DNA of 64,000 nucleotides from Candidatus Hydrogenedentota bacterium (GCA_963668025.2 CAXXTH010000017.1:416001-480000), one strand, 5' to 3'. Shown: positions 19,912 through 31,183, numbered from the stretch's first letter. Program-made: numbers and translations. Notes: generated from the sequence alone by a model not told the origin.

Positions 19912-21207
19912 TTACTCTTGGCCTTGGGTTGCAATGTCCGGGGCGGATGGCATCGGTGCAATGCCAGCCTCGATTTGTTTCTTTTCCAATTCCGTGCATA
20001 GCGCTTGCAGTTTGTCAATAAAGGCCTCTGAGTTTTCACGTATGTTTACGGCCATCGCACGCGCATAGGTGCGATCACCACCAAAAAGCTCATTGAGCAG
20101 GCATTCAGACTGTAGGATAGATAAGCCAGACCCACTAACAACAGCATCAAGGAGCCATTTAAGATTCATATACGAAGCAACTCCTCCTTGAACGCCATTC
20201 TCTTGAATCATCAGCACTTCAGGCTCTCCAAGGTTCTGTCGATAAAAATCCAATTGGGTTTGCGCCATTTCCTTAGCAGTGATATTTACAGACATATTAT
20301 CCTTGAGTGGCCTACCCGTATTTATATCCATTGGACCAATGATAGGGTCAGCCGGAATATCTGGTTTATCAATGTACGTGATTACAATAACCGGATCGTA
20401 GATCGAAACCTCGTCGGAAAGAATGCGGCTCACAATTCGCTGGGTCTTGAGAAAATCGCGTATCTTCTCCTTAGCGGTTTCAGGTCCATATTTATCCACC
20501 AATTGCGGCAAAAGAACGTAACTTAGATATCTGCTCAAGGAATTCTTATCCTCGAACTGCCCCGACTCCGGCAAGGCGGGTAAAGGTTGCTCCGGCTTGG
20601 GTTCGGGAGGAGTCCTATCAAACGATGCCACTACCAATCCATTAATCGTTACATTGGAATGGTAATCATCGGGAGTTTCTGTGCCCAAAAAATACGGTCC
20701 CGGAATATAGTGGCCCTTGTACACGAGAATTCCGGTATCCAGAGTTTCATCGGTTCCCTTTGCCGATACCATGGGCGGGACGGACGTGGTGCATGATTCT
20801 ATTACGTCTGCCTCGGTTAAGGCCGGATCATAGTTAGGGGAAATCTCGGCCTTGACATGCCATATATTACCCTCTTCTTCAATTCGGGCGCCCGGGGAGA
20901 CGTTTATATTCGACGCCCACCATACGGCATCTGACCACGAATCTGGCCGATAGATAGACGCATATGTCTGCACGTCGCAGTCGTATACGACCGTACGCCC
21001 CGTCTGTCTGGCGATCTCATTGATGATATCCTTGGTGGGAACGCAGCGGGCCTCGACGTTGATCTTCCCGTTCTCCCCCACGGTAACCTTGAGGTGGCCA
21101 ATCGGAAGGCTCCTCACATCTGCCGCCAGCGCCTGCCCGCTGATTGCTAGAATCAGCGATAGAGATGCAAATATGACGAACAATCGCGCATTGCTTCCCA
21201 TCATCAT
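19912..21207 (-). CDS. Secreted hypothetical protein, possibly distantly related to A and B
   Basis: RBS AAGGAGG and a signal peptide ending ALA. Internal DTGILVYKGHYIPGPY resembles DGAVLIVDGKYVLEPY. AT-richer than the flanks. Confidence 0.75.
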   Translation of the reverse strand: MMMGSNARLFVIFASLSLILAISGQALAADVRSLPIGHLKVTVGENGKINVEARCVPTKDIINEIARQTGRTVVYDCDVQTYASIYRPDSWSDAVWWASNINVSPGARIEEEGNIWHVKAEISPNYDPALTEADVIESCTTSVPPMVSAKGTDETLDTGILVYKGHYIPGPYFLGTETPDDYHSNVTINGLVVASFDRTPPEPKPEQPLPALPESGQFEDKNSLSRYLSYVLLPQLVDKYGPETAKEKIRDFLKTQRIVSRILSDEVSIYDPVIVITYIDKPDIPADPIIGPMDINTGRPLKDNMSVNITAKEMAQTQLDFYRQNLGEPEVLMIQENGVQGGVASYMNLKWLLDAVVSGSGLSILQSECLLNELFGGDRTYARAMAVNIRENSEAFIDKLQALCTELEKKQIEAGIAPMPSAPDIATQGQE

Positions 21208-21314
21208 AGTGGAGCCTCCTTTTGGATACGATGCTTAGAGTGGTTTAGGTGAGCCGGTGGGCATGCAGCGGGGGAATGGGCGAGTGAATAGAGGATCCAC
21301 CAGAAATGGCGCAT
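21204..21314 (-). CDS. 36-aa ORF translationally coupled to the downstream gene (possible gene remnant)
   Basis: GGGAGG RBS, MRHFWWILYSLAHSPAACPPAHLNHSKHRIQKEAPL*. Its TGA overlaps the next ATG (ATGA). Confidence 0.45.
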   Translation of the reverse strand: MRHFWWILYSLAHSPAACPPAHLNHSKHRIQKEAPL

Positions 21315-21504
21315 GGCGCTAACCTCCCGTATGCATACAATAGCCTGGCGTAGCCTTACTATTTATACCATATTTTCCATCGAACAACGCATACTTTTTT
21401 TATTTCCATAACTATTTCATATAAGCGACAGGATATTGCAATACATACAGACATTCATCGGTGAAAAATGAGCAAACATGGAAATATGTACTCGTCAGAA
21501 TTTT

Positions 21505-22374
21505 TTATTTGGCTTGCATTAGGAGCGCTTTCAGCCGGGGATATTGTTCGAGGAGGTGTTGCGGCAGAGGCGATGCGGGCGCGGGCTGGCCAAGGCCGTG
21601 CTGGAGTTCGATGGCGTTCACGACCGCCTGGCCCCGGTAGTGGTTGTTGGTGATGATGAACATCTCGTCCGTCCGGGCGCGGATGGCCTGGATGCGGGTG
21701 AGCCAGGATTCGAGTTCTCCGGCGTTGTAGAGGTAATCGTACCGCGCGTTGCGGCCCGCGCCTTCTTGAAACCAATGGGCGGCGTTGCGTCCATGGAACC
21801 GTACATACGAAAAAGGCGCGGTCACGGCGTCCACGGGGCCGATGCAATCGTGCAGGAGGGGCTGGTCGATGCTGCAAATGGCCACGCGCCGTTCCCGCAG
21901 GCCCTCGAACACCTCGGGCCGGTCCCACGAGGCGTGGCGGAATTCGACGGCTACGGGCCAGCCTTCGAAGGCGTCGAGGATGCGCGCCAGTTTAAGGCGG
22001 TTGGGGGGCGTGCGCCGGAAGCTCCAGGGAAATTGGGCCAGCAATGCCCCGAGCCGCCCGGCATCCGCGAGAGGCTCCATGGCCGCGCGCACGGCGTCCA
22101 CGTCCACGGCGCTGAATTCCACATCTTCATGGGTGAACCGGCCCCAGAGTTTCAGCAGAAACCGGAAGTCCGCCTCGGCGGGCAGCAGCCGCACCCACGA
22201 TTCGGCGGCGCTTCGCGGCAAGGGTCGGTAAAAGGTGGCGTTCACCTCGACCGTGTTGAACCATTGGCTGAGCCACGCCAGCGGGTGGGTCTTCATGCCG
22301 GGCGGATACACGATGCCGTTCCAGTCGGCATACGACCAGCCCGCCGTTCCGATATAGACCCGCCCCTCGGCCAT
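21505..22374 (-). CDS. DUF72 (YecE) family protein
   Basis: IGTAGWSYADW, VEVNATFYR, LLAQFPWSF, VEFRHASW, YVRFHGRN and RYDYLY motifs. Confidence 0.93.
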   Translation of the reverse strand: MAEGRVYIGTAGWSYADWNGIVYPPGMKTHPLAWLSQWFNTVEVNATFYRPLPRSAAESWVRLLPAEADFRFLLKLWGRFTHEDVEFSAVDVDAVRAAMEPLADAGRLGALLAQFPWSFRRTPPNRLKLARILDAFEGWPVAVEFRHASWDRPEVFEGLRERRVAICSIDQPLLHDCIGPVDAVTAPFSYVRFHGRNAAHWFQEGAGRNARYDYLYNAGELESWLTRIQAIRARTDEMFIITNNHYRGQAVVNAIELQHGLGQPAPASPLPQHLLEQYPRLKALLMQAK

Positions 22375-22594
22375 TGACTCCGTTCCCTCCGCTACATAAT
22401 GCCATTGCATTATATCGTGGCATGGCAGTCCCGGCCATGTGCATGTGCATGTGCGGGACGCTCATGCTACGAGATTGTGTAGTGTTCAATCCCCAGCTTC
22501 AACACGCGCGCGGCATGTGGTATAGTTTTCCTTCGCCATGATTTCCCAACGTTACCCTTGTTTTAACACATGGCGGATGGAGGCCGGTTTTTTC

Positions 22595-25198
22595 ATGTCG
22601 AATGGTATATACGATCATCAGTCTATTGAAGCGAAGTGGCAAGCGTATTGGCTACAGAATAAAACGTTCCGCTCGGAATTGGATCCCGCGAAACCCAAGT
22701 ATTACGTCCTCGATATGTTCCCGTATCCGAGCGGCGACGGGCTGCACGTGGGGCATCCGGAAGGCTACACCGCCACGGACATCATCGCGCGTTACAAGCG
22801 CATGCGTGGCTTCAGCGTGCTGCACCCCATGGGTTGGGACGCCTTCGGGCTCCCCGCCGAGCGCCACGCCGTACGCACGGGCGAGCATCCGGCCATCATC
22901 ACCAAGAAAAACTGCGAGACCTTCAAGCGCCAGATCCAATCCCTTGGCCTTTCCTACGACTGGGACCGCGAGATATCAACGACCGATCCGGATTACTACA
23001 AGTGGACCCAATGGATCTTTACGATCCTCTTCGAGCGCGGGCTGGCCTACAAGACCGAGATGCCCGTGAATTGGTGTCCCGCGCTGGGCACCGTCCTGGC
23101 TAACGAGGAGGTGAAGGACGGGCGCTATGTCGAGACGGGCGACCCCGTCGTGAAGCGCCCCATGAAGCAGTGGATGCTCAAGATCACGGAATACGCCGAA
23201 CGCCTGCTCGAAGACCTCGAAGGCCTGGATTGGCCCGAAGGCATCAAGGCCATGCAGCGCGAGTGGATCGGCCGGAGCGAAGGCGCGGATGTCGTCTTCA
23301 AGGTGGCCGGGACGAACCAGCAGTTCACCGTGTTCACCACACGCCCCGACACCCTGTTCGGCGCGACCTATTGCGTCCTGGCCCCGGAACACCCGCTCAC
23401 GCGGACCATCGCCACGCCTGAACAGCGCGGGGCGGTCGAGGCCTACCTCGACGACGCCGCCAAGAAGAGCGCGCAAGACCGCATGAAGGAAGAGCGCGAA
23501 AAGACGGGCGTCTTCACGGGCGCATATGCCGTCAATCCGGTGAACGGCCAAGAAACGCCCATCTGGACCGCCGACTATGTCCTCGCCGAATACGGCTACG
23601 GAGCCATCATGGCCGTGCCCGCCCACGACACGCGCGACCACGAGTTCGCCCGCAAGTTCGGCCTCCCCATCATCGAGGTCATCGGCGGCGAGCCGGTGGA
23701 TGTCCAGCAGGAGGCGTGGACCGGCAACGGCACGCTGGTGCATTCTGGATACGATGCCATGGCGGATATCCCCGAACAGCAGCGTAAAAACCTCGAAGGC
23801 TGCTGGAAAGATCCGCAATGCGCGATCAGCATTAACGGCCTTTCGGTGCCGGAAGCGAAAAAGAAAATATCGGCCTGGCTCGAAGCGCAAGGCATCGGCA
23901 AGGCTACTGTCACCTACCGTCTTCGCGACTGGCTCTTCTCGCGCCAGCGCTATTGGGGTGAGCCGTTCCCGCTGGTGGAACTCGAAAACGGCGAGGTGCG
24001 CGCCGTGCCAATGACGGACTTGCCGGTAGCGCTTCCTGAATTGGATGCCTATAAACCTACACAAGACGGACAGCCGCCGCTGGCGCGCGCCACGGGGTGG
24101 GTGAATACGACATACAATGGCCAGCCCGCCATGCGCGAGACCAACACCATGCCCCAATGGGCCGGGTCATGCTGGTATTACCTGCGCTTCGTCGATGCGC
24201 GCAACAACGCCGCCGCGTGGTCGCCCGAGGCCGAACAATACTGGATGCCCGTGGACCTCTACGTGGGCGGGGCCGAGCACGCCGTGCTGCATCTGCTCTA
24301 CGCCCGTTTCTGGCACAAGGTGCTGTATGACGCGGGTTACGTGACGACGAAGGAGCCCTTCCAGAAGCTCTTCAATCAAGGTATGATCCTCGCCTATTCA
24401 TATCAGGATGAAAAGGGGAAATATTACTACCCTCATCAAGTCGAGAAACGCGGCGAAACGTGGTACGTGAAAGGCACGGATACGTCCGTGCATACGCAAG
24501 TCGAAAAGATGAGCAAGTCGCGCTACAACGTGGTCAACCCCGACGACGTGGTGCGTGAGTTGGGCGCGGACTCGATGCGCCTCTACGAAATGTTCATGGG
24601 CCCCCTCGAACGCGACAAGCCATGGACCGACGAGGGCATCCAAGGCGTCCACCGTTTCCTCAAACGCGCCTGGGCGCTCTTCATCACCGAAGACGGCGGG
24701 CTGAGTGCGAAGCTCGTGGAATCGGGCGGCGATGCGTCCGTGCGCAAGACGCTCCACCAAGCCATCAAGTCCGTGACTTATGACATCGAGCATATGCTGT
24801 TCAATACCGCCATCGCGCGGCTCATGGAATTCGTGAACGCCGCGACGCGCGCCCAGTCCGTGGACCGAGCCGATCTCGAATCTTTCGTGCTGATTCTAGC
24901 CCCTTTCGCGCCCCACATGGCGGAAGAGTTGTGGGAGCGCCTGGGCCATGGCGAGTCGCTGGCCTACGCGCCTTGGCCCGGGTACGACGAGAGCCTGCTC
25001 GTCGAGAACACGGTCGAATTGCCCGTACAAGTCAACGGCAAACTGCGCGCTACGATACAAGTCGCCGCCGACGCCGGAAAAGAAACGCTCATCGAAGCCG
25101 CCAAGGCCGACGCGAACGTCCAGCGCTGGCTCGAAGGTAAACAGCTCGTGAAAGAGATCGCCGTGCCCGGCAAGATGGTGAGCTTCGTGGTGAAGTGA
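22595..25198 (+). CDS. leuS: Leucyl-tRNA synthetase
   Basis: MFPYPSG, HVGH (HIGH), [35 protein letters not shown] and VQVNGK motifs. Confidence 0.98.
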   Translation: MSNGIYDHQSIEAKWQAYWLQNKTFRSELDPAKPKYYVLDMFPYPSGDGLHVGHPEGYTATDIIARYKRMRGFSVLHPMGWDAFGLPAERHAVRTGEHPAIITKKNCETFKRQIQSLGLSYDWDREISTTDPDYYKWTQWIFTILFERGLAYKTEMPVNWCPALGTVLANEEVKDGRYVETGDPVVKRPMKQWMLKITEYAERLLEDLEGLDWPEGIKAMQREWIGRSEGADVVFKVAGTNQQFTVFTTRPDTLFGATYCVLAPEHPLTRTIATPEQRGAVEAYLDDAAKKSAQDRMKEEREKTGVFTGAYAVNPVNGQETPIWTADYVLAEYGYGAIMAVPAHDTRDHEFARKFGLPIIEVIGGEPVDVQQEAWTGNGTLVHSGYDAMADIPEQQRKNLEGCWKDPQCAISINGLSVPEAKKKISAWLEAQGIGKATVTYRLRDWLFSRQRYWGEPFPLVELENGEVRAVPMTDLPVALPELDAYKPTQDGQPPLARATGWVNTTYNGQPAMRETNTMPQWAGSCWYYLRFVDARNNAAAWSPEAEQYWMPVDLYVGGAEHAVLHLLYARFWHKVLYDAGYVTTKEPFQKLFNQGMILAYSYQDEKGKYYYPHQVEKRGETWYVKGTDTSVHTQVEKMSKSRYNVVNPDDVVRELGADSMRLYEMFMGPLERDKPWTDEGIQGVHRFLKRAWALFITEDGGLSAKLVESGGDASVRKTLHQAIKSVTYDIEHMLFNTAIARLMEFVNAATRAQSVDRADLESFVLILAPFAPHMAEELWERLGHGESLAYAPWPGYDESLLVENTVELPVQVNGKLRATIQVAADAGKETLIEAAKADANVQRWLEGKQLVKEIAVPGKMVSFVVK

Positions 25199-25212
25199 TA
25201 TATCGCTAATCC

Positions 25213-25327
25213 GTCATCCCCGCGAAAGGGGATTTTAAAAATGGAGCAATCAAGCCAAAACAGAGAGATGCTAGTGAAATACACCAAAGAGGACATGAAT
25301 ACGATAGATTGCTGCCGCTTTGAGTGT
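25213..25327. repeat. Second, internally deleted copy of the 4694-4866 repeat
   Basis: Shares AAAAATGGAGCA..CAAGCCAAAACA, GTGAAATACACCAAAGAG and TTGCTGCCGCTTT. Confidence 0.75.
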
Positions 25328-25472
25328 GAGGGTATAGTTTAGGTAGGTGTTTCGGCAGCTAAGGCAATCCGTGTAAGCGTGTATAGTATTTTTGCAAGGT
25401 CTCGATAGCAGAGATCTCAAATATCGTACAGGCGGTGATTGGTGCAAAGAAACGTGAGTAAAAGGAGTGACT

Positions 25473-26633
25473 ATGCCGAACGAGCAGGAAACCGCTTATT
25501 GGCTTGATCTATTCACCGGAACAACTTGGGAAGAATTTCTCAAGGCCGGTGGAACGGTCAGTGGTTTCCGGCATCGAATGCGTAAGACAGTAGAAAAAAT
25601 CCAACCGAACGATATATTACTTTGCTATTTAACGGGTGTTCAGCGTTGGGTGGGTGCGCTTCGCGTGATCGGTCCCAGCAATGATCAATCTGGAATTTGG
25701 AGTTTTGCCGAATTTCCTGCTCGACTCGCGGTTGAAATCATCGTCAAATTATCACCAGAACAGGGAATCCCTATGGCCGATCTTGAAGGCAAGGTTGCTT
25801 TCTACAAAGGCCCGAAAGACGCAGGCAAGTTTAAGGCCTTCCTGCGTGGCAGCCCGCGCTTATTTCAGTCATCCCAAGATGGACAACTTATCATGAACCT
25901 TCTTCGTGAAACGGAGAAGAATCCCGTGAAACGACCTGTCGATCCTCGTAAACTTGCTCGCAAACCTCTTTTTGTAACTCAAGAGCGCCGCGGGCAGAAA
26001 ACAATTGTGACAAAAGTTTCTATCCCGGATTCAGAGGAAGACACTAACGAAGATAATCAGCCGCAAGAATCCTGGCCCAAGGATGAATCCGTCACTAAAC
26101 ATACTGAAATACAATATCATCTTTTGAAACTCGGTGCTGAGATGGGTCTTGATGTCTGGGTAGCCCGCAATGATCGAAGCCGAATTTGCAAAGGAAAAAT
26201 GCTCGGTGATTTGCCCCGTATGATTCCTGAATTGCCTACACAGTTCAACGAAGCCACAAACCGTACAATTGAGCTAATCGATGTTCTCTGGATACAAGGC
26301 AACAGCATTGTCGCTGCTTTCGAAATAGAAAGCACCACTTCGATTTACTCTGGACTGCTGCGCATGAGTGATTTGCTGGCACTCCAGCCCAATCTTGACA
26401 TTAACCTGTTTCTTGTTGCTCCTGAGGAGCGAAGGGGAAAGGTTGAACAGGAAATTCTTCGCCCAACATTCAAACTGCGCAATAAGCCTCTAGCAAATGT
26501 TTGCGGTTTCATTGGCTTTTCTGATTTGTGTGAGCGTCTCAATGCTATAAGAAAGCTCCAATTGGCTAAGTCGCTCAAGCCTGAGTTTTTGAAGGACATG
26601 GCCGAGTACTTTGGTGAGGAGAATAAAAAATAA
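25473..26633 (+). CDS. EVE-domain protein with a C-terminal PD-(D/E)xK-like nuclease domain
   Basis: N-terminal YWLDLFTGTTWEEF...GFR...IQPNDILLCYLT (EVE-like). C-terminal HTEIQ...IDVLW...AFEIESTT. Low GC. RBS AAGGAG. Confidence 0.75.
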   Translation: MPNEQETAYWLDLFTGTTWEEFLKAGGTVSGFRHRMRKTVEKIQPNDILLCYLTGVQRWVGALRVIGPSNDQSGIWSFAEFPARLAVEIIVKLSPEQGIPMADLEGKVAFYKGPKDAGKFKAFLRGSPRLFQSSQDGQLIMNLLRETEKNPVKRPVDPRKLARKPLFVTQERRGQKTIVTKVSIPDSEEDTNEDNQPQESWPKDESVTKHTEIQYHLLKLGAEMGLDVWVARNDRSRICKGKMLGDLPRMIPELPTQFNEATNRTIELIDVLWIQGNSIVAAFEIESTTSIYSGLLRMSDLLALQPNLDINLFLVAPEERRGKVEQEILRPTFKLRNKPLANVCGFIGFSDLCERLNAIRKLQLAKSLKPEFLKDMAEYFGEENKK

Positions 26634-26818
26634 AGGCTGTCCGTATAGGTGTTTTTAATTGATTGTTTTATGATTATATCCAGTCGTTCTTGGAATATTC
26701 AGTAAAAGCTTCATTAATGATGTAGTAAATGATTTTATTGTGTTTTTCAGGACGGCTGATAATCAACGAGATTGAATCTTGTCCATCTTGTAAATCATGT
26801 CAAAAAAAGGAAACCGCG

Positions 26819-27955
26819 ATGAACGTACCGTTGCTCGACCTCAAAGCCCAGTTGGCTCCGATTGAAGAGGAGATCACCCAGGCCGCACTCGATGTGATCC
26901 GCTCGACGCGCTATATCATGGGGCCGAAAGTCGAGGAGTTCGAGCAGGCCATCGCGGAGTACGTGGGAGTTGCTCATGCCATCGGCGTGTCTTCCGGCAC
27001 GGACGCCTTGCTGGCGTCGCTCATGGCGCTCGATGTGGGGCCGGGCGACGTAGTGGTGACGTCGCCCTATTCGTTTTTCGCCACGGCGGGGGCCATCGCC
27101 CGCCTGGGTGCTACGCCCGCGTTCGTGGACATCGATCCCGATACGTACAACATGGACCCCACGGCGCTGTACGACTGGTTCGAGTCGGAAGGCGAACGGC
27201 GCGGTCCCGTGAAGGCGATCATCCCCGTGCATCTGTATGGCCAATGCGCCGACATGGAAGCGATTCTCGAAGTGGCCGAGGCATTCGGCGCACCTGTCGT
27301 CGAAGATGCGGCCCAAGCCATCGGCGCGAAGTATCCCACGGAGGAGGGCGTATTGCGTGCAGGAGCGATGGGCGCGATGGGCTGTTTCTCGTTTTTTCCG
27401 AGCAAGAACCTCGGCGGCGTCGGAGACGGCGGCATCATCACCACCAACGACGAGGCGCTCGCCCATCGCCTGCGCATGCTGCGCAACCATGGCATGGAGC
27501 CGAAATACCATCACGGCATGATTGGCGGCAATTTCCGGCTTGATGCGCTCCAGGCGGCGGTCTTGCGCGTAAAGCTCCGGTATCTGGAATCGTGGCATGA
27601 AGGCCGCCGGAAAAATGCGGCGTACTATGACGAACATCTCAGCGGCATGGGACTCAAGACGCCCACGGCGGCCTACGGACGCGAGTGCCATATCTACAAT
27701 CAGTACATCGTGTCCGTGCCCGAAGGGCGTGATGAACTGCGGGCGTTTCTCCAGGAAAAACAAATCGGCTCGGAGATCTATTACCCCGTACCCTTCCACT
27801 TGCAGCCGTGTTTCGCATCACTAGGCTATCAGCGCGGCGATTTCCCGCATAGCGAATATGCGGCCGACCACACCATCGCCTTGCCCATCTACGCCGAACT
27901 CACACAAGAGATGCTCGATTACATCATCGAGAGCATTGGCGAAAAAATAGCCTGA
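26819..27955 (+). CDS. DegT/DnrJ/EryC1/StrS aminotransferase
   Basis: [38 protein letters not shown] and [10 protein letters not shown] motifs. Confidence 0.95.
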   Translation: MNVPLLDLKAQLAPIEEEITQAALDVIRSTRYIMGPKVEEFEQAIAEYVGVAHAIGVSSGTDALLASLMALDVGPGDVVVTSPYSFFATAGAIARLGATPAFVDIDPDTYNMDPTALYDWFESEGERRGPVKAIIPVHLYGQCADMEAILEVAEAFGAPVVEDAAQAIGAKYPTEEGVLRAGAMGAMGCFSFFPSKNLGGVGDGGIITTNDEALAHRLRMLRNHGMEPKYHHGMIGGNFRLDALQAAVLRVKLRYLESWHEGRRKNAAYYDEHLSGMGLKTPTAAYGRECHIYNQYIVSVPEGRDELRAFLQEKQIGSEIYYPVPFHLQPCFASLGYQRGDFPHSEYAADHTIALPIYAELTQEMLDYIIESIGEKIA

Positions 27956-27962
27956 TTCAATT

Positions 27963-28030
27963 AACCACTAAATACACGAACCACACTAAAATAAATGGCC
28001 TATTTTAGTGTGGTTAGCGTATTTCGTGGT
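27963..28030. repeat. REP-like inverted repeat between convergent genes (possible bidirectional terminator)
   Basis: ACCACTAAATACACGAACCACACTAAAATA ... TATTTTAGTGTGGTTAGCGTATTTCGTGGT. The right arm recurs at 48003-48033. Confidence 0.7.
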
Positions 28031-28046
28031 CTATAAAATAGTTTTC

Positions 28047-30623
28047 CTAGACAGGCAGGGCCGCATCGGAGGCCAGCCGCGTCGCGGCCTTGAGCACCCT
28101 TGCGGAATCAGGGTCGATGCCGAGCAATGCCAATACTTCACGGGGGCGGACGCCGCGCGTCTCCACGACTTGCGTTTCAAGCTCAATTTCGAGTCCGCTC
28201 GGGTCCGCATTGGCCAGCGCCAGCCGCGTGATCATGGGGCGGACATTCACCGCGACGGTCTCCGCGCCCGAGCGCGCCGCCTTGCCTTTCGCCTTGCGCG
28301 GCATGGGGAGATGCTCGGCGTTCAGCACGGCTTCGATGCGCGCCTGCACGGCCGCCGCATCACCCGGCGCGCGCACGATGTAACTGAACCCGGTCACATC
28401 GCTCATCAGCGAGGGGGCCTTGATTGGGATCTCCATCGCATCGAAAACGCGAAAACCTTCCGGCAGCGTGGCGTTCAACTGTTCTTGAAGAGCAGCGGGA
28501 TTCAGTGGTTCGCGCAAGAGGATATCCATATAGTCCGCTTCCGACTCCTCGCCCACGGGCGCGGCGGTGGCGAAGTTAATCTTAGGGTGGGCGTGGAAGC
28601 CCTGCGAGTGGGATAACGGCGCACCCACCCGCCGCAAGGCGCGAATCCACATACTCACCGTTTCGAGGTGCGATAGGAACCGCACCAGGCCCCGGCGGGC
28701 GATGCGTAGCCGTATGCGCTGCGCCGTGGGAGGCTCGGTGAACTCAGGAAGCGGCTGCGGTGCGGGCTGTTCGGCCCGCGTGCGGGCTGCCTCCATGGCT
28801 TCGCGCAAGGTGCGCTCGCAGAGCGGGCGGTCCGGATTGGACACGCCGCATCCGTGGCACCCCGCCTGCCTGCAATCGGCCACATGCTCCATATCGAGGG
28901 CGCGCTGCCATTCCGCCCGAAGCCAGGATTTCGGGATCAACACATCGATGTGATCCCACGGCAGGCGTTCGTTCAAGTCCCGCGCACGGAACGCCTCTTC
29001 GACGTTATAACCAGTCTCGTCAATCGCACCGCGCCAAGCCATCATGTTCAGGTGTTCATCCGACGAATCCATGCGCGCGCCGAGACGCCACGCGGTTTCG
29101 ATCAGGTCCGCCGCACGGCGGTCCGCCCGCGACAGCATCCCCTCGATGAAGGTCGATTCTGGTGTGTGGCGTCCGAACTTGATGCCGTTGTGCGGGGCGA
29201 ATCCCTCCCGCAGCAGGCCTTGCCGCCGGATGGTTTCCTCCATGGGGATCTGGGCCGCCCACTGGAATGGCGTGAAGGGCTTGGGCACGAACGTGGACAC
29301 GCCTGTATGCACCCGCGCCCGGCGGTTCACGGTTTTGCCCGCATCGAGGGTCCGTAGGCACAAATCCACAATCGCCTCGACATCTTCGTCCCGCTCCGTT
29401 GGCAGGCCGATCATGAAATAGGCCTTCACGTGGGTCCAGCCCCGGCGGAACGCCTCGCGGCTCATGGCGATGAAATCCTCGTCAGGGATCCATTTGTTGA
29501 TGACCGCGCGCAGGCGAGGGGTGGCCGCTTCCGGCGCGAAGGTCAGCCCGCTCCGGCGCACCCCCGCGATACGGTCCGCTAAGTCGATGGCAAATGTATC
29601 CAGCCGCAGCGACGGCAGGGAAACGCTGGCGTCGGTGGCGCGGGCGCGTTCCGCAGCGCGCTGTACAAGCTCAGCGGCATGGCTGTGGTCGCAGGTCGAG
29701 AGCGACACCAGCGACACCTCTTCATAACCGGTGCGATCGAGGGCCTCCTGCATGAGGCGGTCCACGGTGTCCACGGTGCGTTCGCGGACGGGACGGCCCA
29801 CCATGCCCGCCTGGCAGAACCGGCAGCCATGGGTGCAGCCCCGCAATACATCGAGGCCTACCCGGTCGTGGACTTGCTGGGTGAAGGGCACAATATAACA
29901 CGTGGGGAACGGTGCGCGGTCCAGGTCCGTGACCACGCGCTTCGTGATGCGCGGGCCGTTTTCCACGGGCACGATGCGCCCATCGGGCAGCGTCTCCATG
30001 GGGTACAAGGCAGGCACATACACGCCCGGTATGCTGGCCAACGCTTCAAGACGTTCGCGGCGCGAACGGCCCTTCAGCGCCCGCAGGCATTCCGCCACTT
30101 CGACAACCGCCTCTTCGCCATCGCCGATGACGAAGAAGTCCATGAACGGGGCCATCGGTTCGGGATTGTATGCCGTAGGCCCACCCGCGCACACCAGCGG
30201 GTGTTCTTCCGTGCGGTCCGCCGCCCGTAATGGCACGCCTCCCAAATCGAGCATGTTCAAGACATTCGTATAGGTCAGCTCGGACTGGAGCGTGAAGCCC
30301 AGCAAATCCATGCGGTGCAGCGGGTCTTTCGATTCCACGGCGAACAAAGGCGCGCCCAGTTCGCGCAGCAACGCATCGAGGTCCGGCGCGGGCGCATAGG
30401 CCCGTTCGCAGGCGCACCACGGCAAGTCGTTGAGAATAGCGTAGAGGATCAGCAGGCCCAAATTGCCCAGCCCCAAATCGTATAGGTCGGGAAACGCTAG
30501 CGCCACCCGCAGGTCCACGGCGCGGGGGTCTTTGTGCACGGAATTTAATTCAGTGCCCAGATACTGCCCCGGATGCTCCACTCGAGACAGAATATCGCGT
30601 TCAAAATCAACGGTGTGTGCCAT
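28047..30623 (-). CDS. TIGR03960-type radical SAM protein fused to a DUF2344 (TIGR03936-type) domain
   Basis: FPDLYDLG, RGCTHGCRFC, GLTFAPEA and FVPKPFTPFQW. C-terminal RFLSHLE...SQGFHAHPKI. Confidence 0.92.
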   Translation of the reverse strand: MAHTVDFERDILSRVEHPGQYLGTELNSVHKDPRAVDLRVALAFPDLYDLGLGNLGLLILYAILNDLPWCACERAYAPAPDLDALLRELGAPLFAVESKDPLHRMDLLGFTLQSELTYTNVLNMLDLGGVPLRAADRTEEHPLVCAGGPTAYNPEPMAPFMDFFVIGDGEEAVVEVAECLRALKGRSRRERLEALASIPGVYVPALYPMETLPDGRIVPVENGPRITKRVVTDLDRAPFPTCYIVPFTQQVHDRVGLDVLRGCTHGCRFCQAGMVGRPVRERTVDTVDRLMQEALDRTGYEEVSLVSLSTCDHSHAAELVQRAAERARATDASVSLPSLRLDTFAIDLADRIAGVRRSGLTFAPEAATPRLRAVINKWIPDEDFIAMSREAFRRGWTHVKAYFMIGLPTERDEDVEAIVDLCLRTLDAGKTVNRRARVHTGVSTFVPKPFTPFQWAAQIPMEETIRRQGLLREGFAPHNGIKFGRHTPESTFIEGMLSRADRRAADLIETAWRLGARMDSSDEHLNMMAWRGAIDETGYNVEEAFRARDLNERLPWDHIDVLIPKSWLRAEWQRALDMEHVADCRQAGCHGCGVSNPDRPLCERTLREAMEAARTRAEQPAPQPLPEFTEPPTAQRIRLRIARRGLVRFLSHLETVSMWIRALRRVGAPLSHSQGFHAHPKINFATAAPVGEESEADYMDILLREPLNPAALQEQLNATLPEGFRVFDAMEIPIKAPSLMSDVTGFSYIVRAPGDAAAVQARIEAVLNAEHLPMPRKAKGKAARSGAETVAVNVRPMITRLALANADPSGLEIELETQVVETRGVRPREVLALLGIDPDSARVLKAATRLASDAALPV

Positions 30624-30724
30624 GATGCTTTCTATCGGCGGCGGCGCGCCAGCGTATGCTCGTGTGGCGGGAAATACAATACATGCGCCGCCACCCGATG
30701 GCGGATGGCGGCGTGAGCCAGCAA

Positions 30725-30979
30725 TTAGAGTTGTGCGAGCGGGATGGCTTCGTCGATGAGCATGATGGGGATATCATCGCGAATGGGGTACAGATACGCT
30801 TGATCCTCGCGCACCAGCCCGCCGTCGATGCGTTCCTTGACAGGCTCTCCGGCGCGATTGTTTAATTTGCCCGCCTCGATGGCCGCATTAAGTTGCGCCA
30901 CAAGCGCATCTTCCGCCAGCGCCACGGGCGTTTTGTTCTCGGGGCATACGAGAATTTTTAATAATTCGGCGTCAATCAT
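30725..30979 (-). CDS. Trm112-family protein
   Basis: MIDAELLKILVCPE...YPIRDDIPIMLIDEA. RBS AGGGAG. Confidence 0.9.
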   Translation of the reverse strand: MIDAELLKILVCPENKTPVALAEDALVAQLNAAIEAGKLNNRAGEPVKERIDGGLVREDQAYLYPIRDDIPIMLIDEAIPLAQL

Positions 30980-31183
30980 GGTGCTCTCCCTCTTGTGATG
31001 CGTGTTCGAGGGCGTATTGTAGCCCAAAATGGAGCGGCGTCCAACTTTCCTAGAAGCCACAGCGGCTACAGCAAAAGCGCCTCGCCCATGGCGCGAACGA
31101 TATAGCCATCGTTTTCACGGGCGAGGCGTCCATGCCATGCGAGATTGGGCAAGAAATAGAATGATTCTGAATATGCCCGGCGG

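Noticed and set aside
22976-24157. Long antisense ORFs (this one, 15546-16814, 26795-27799, 61830-62987 and others)
   Set aside because: They are expected shadows of GC-rich coding genes and have no motifs of their own.
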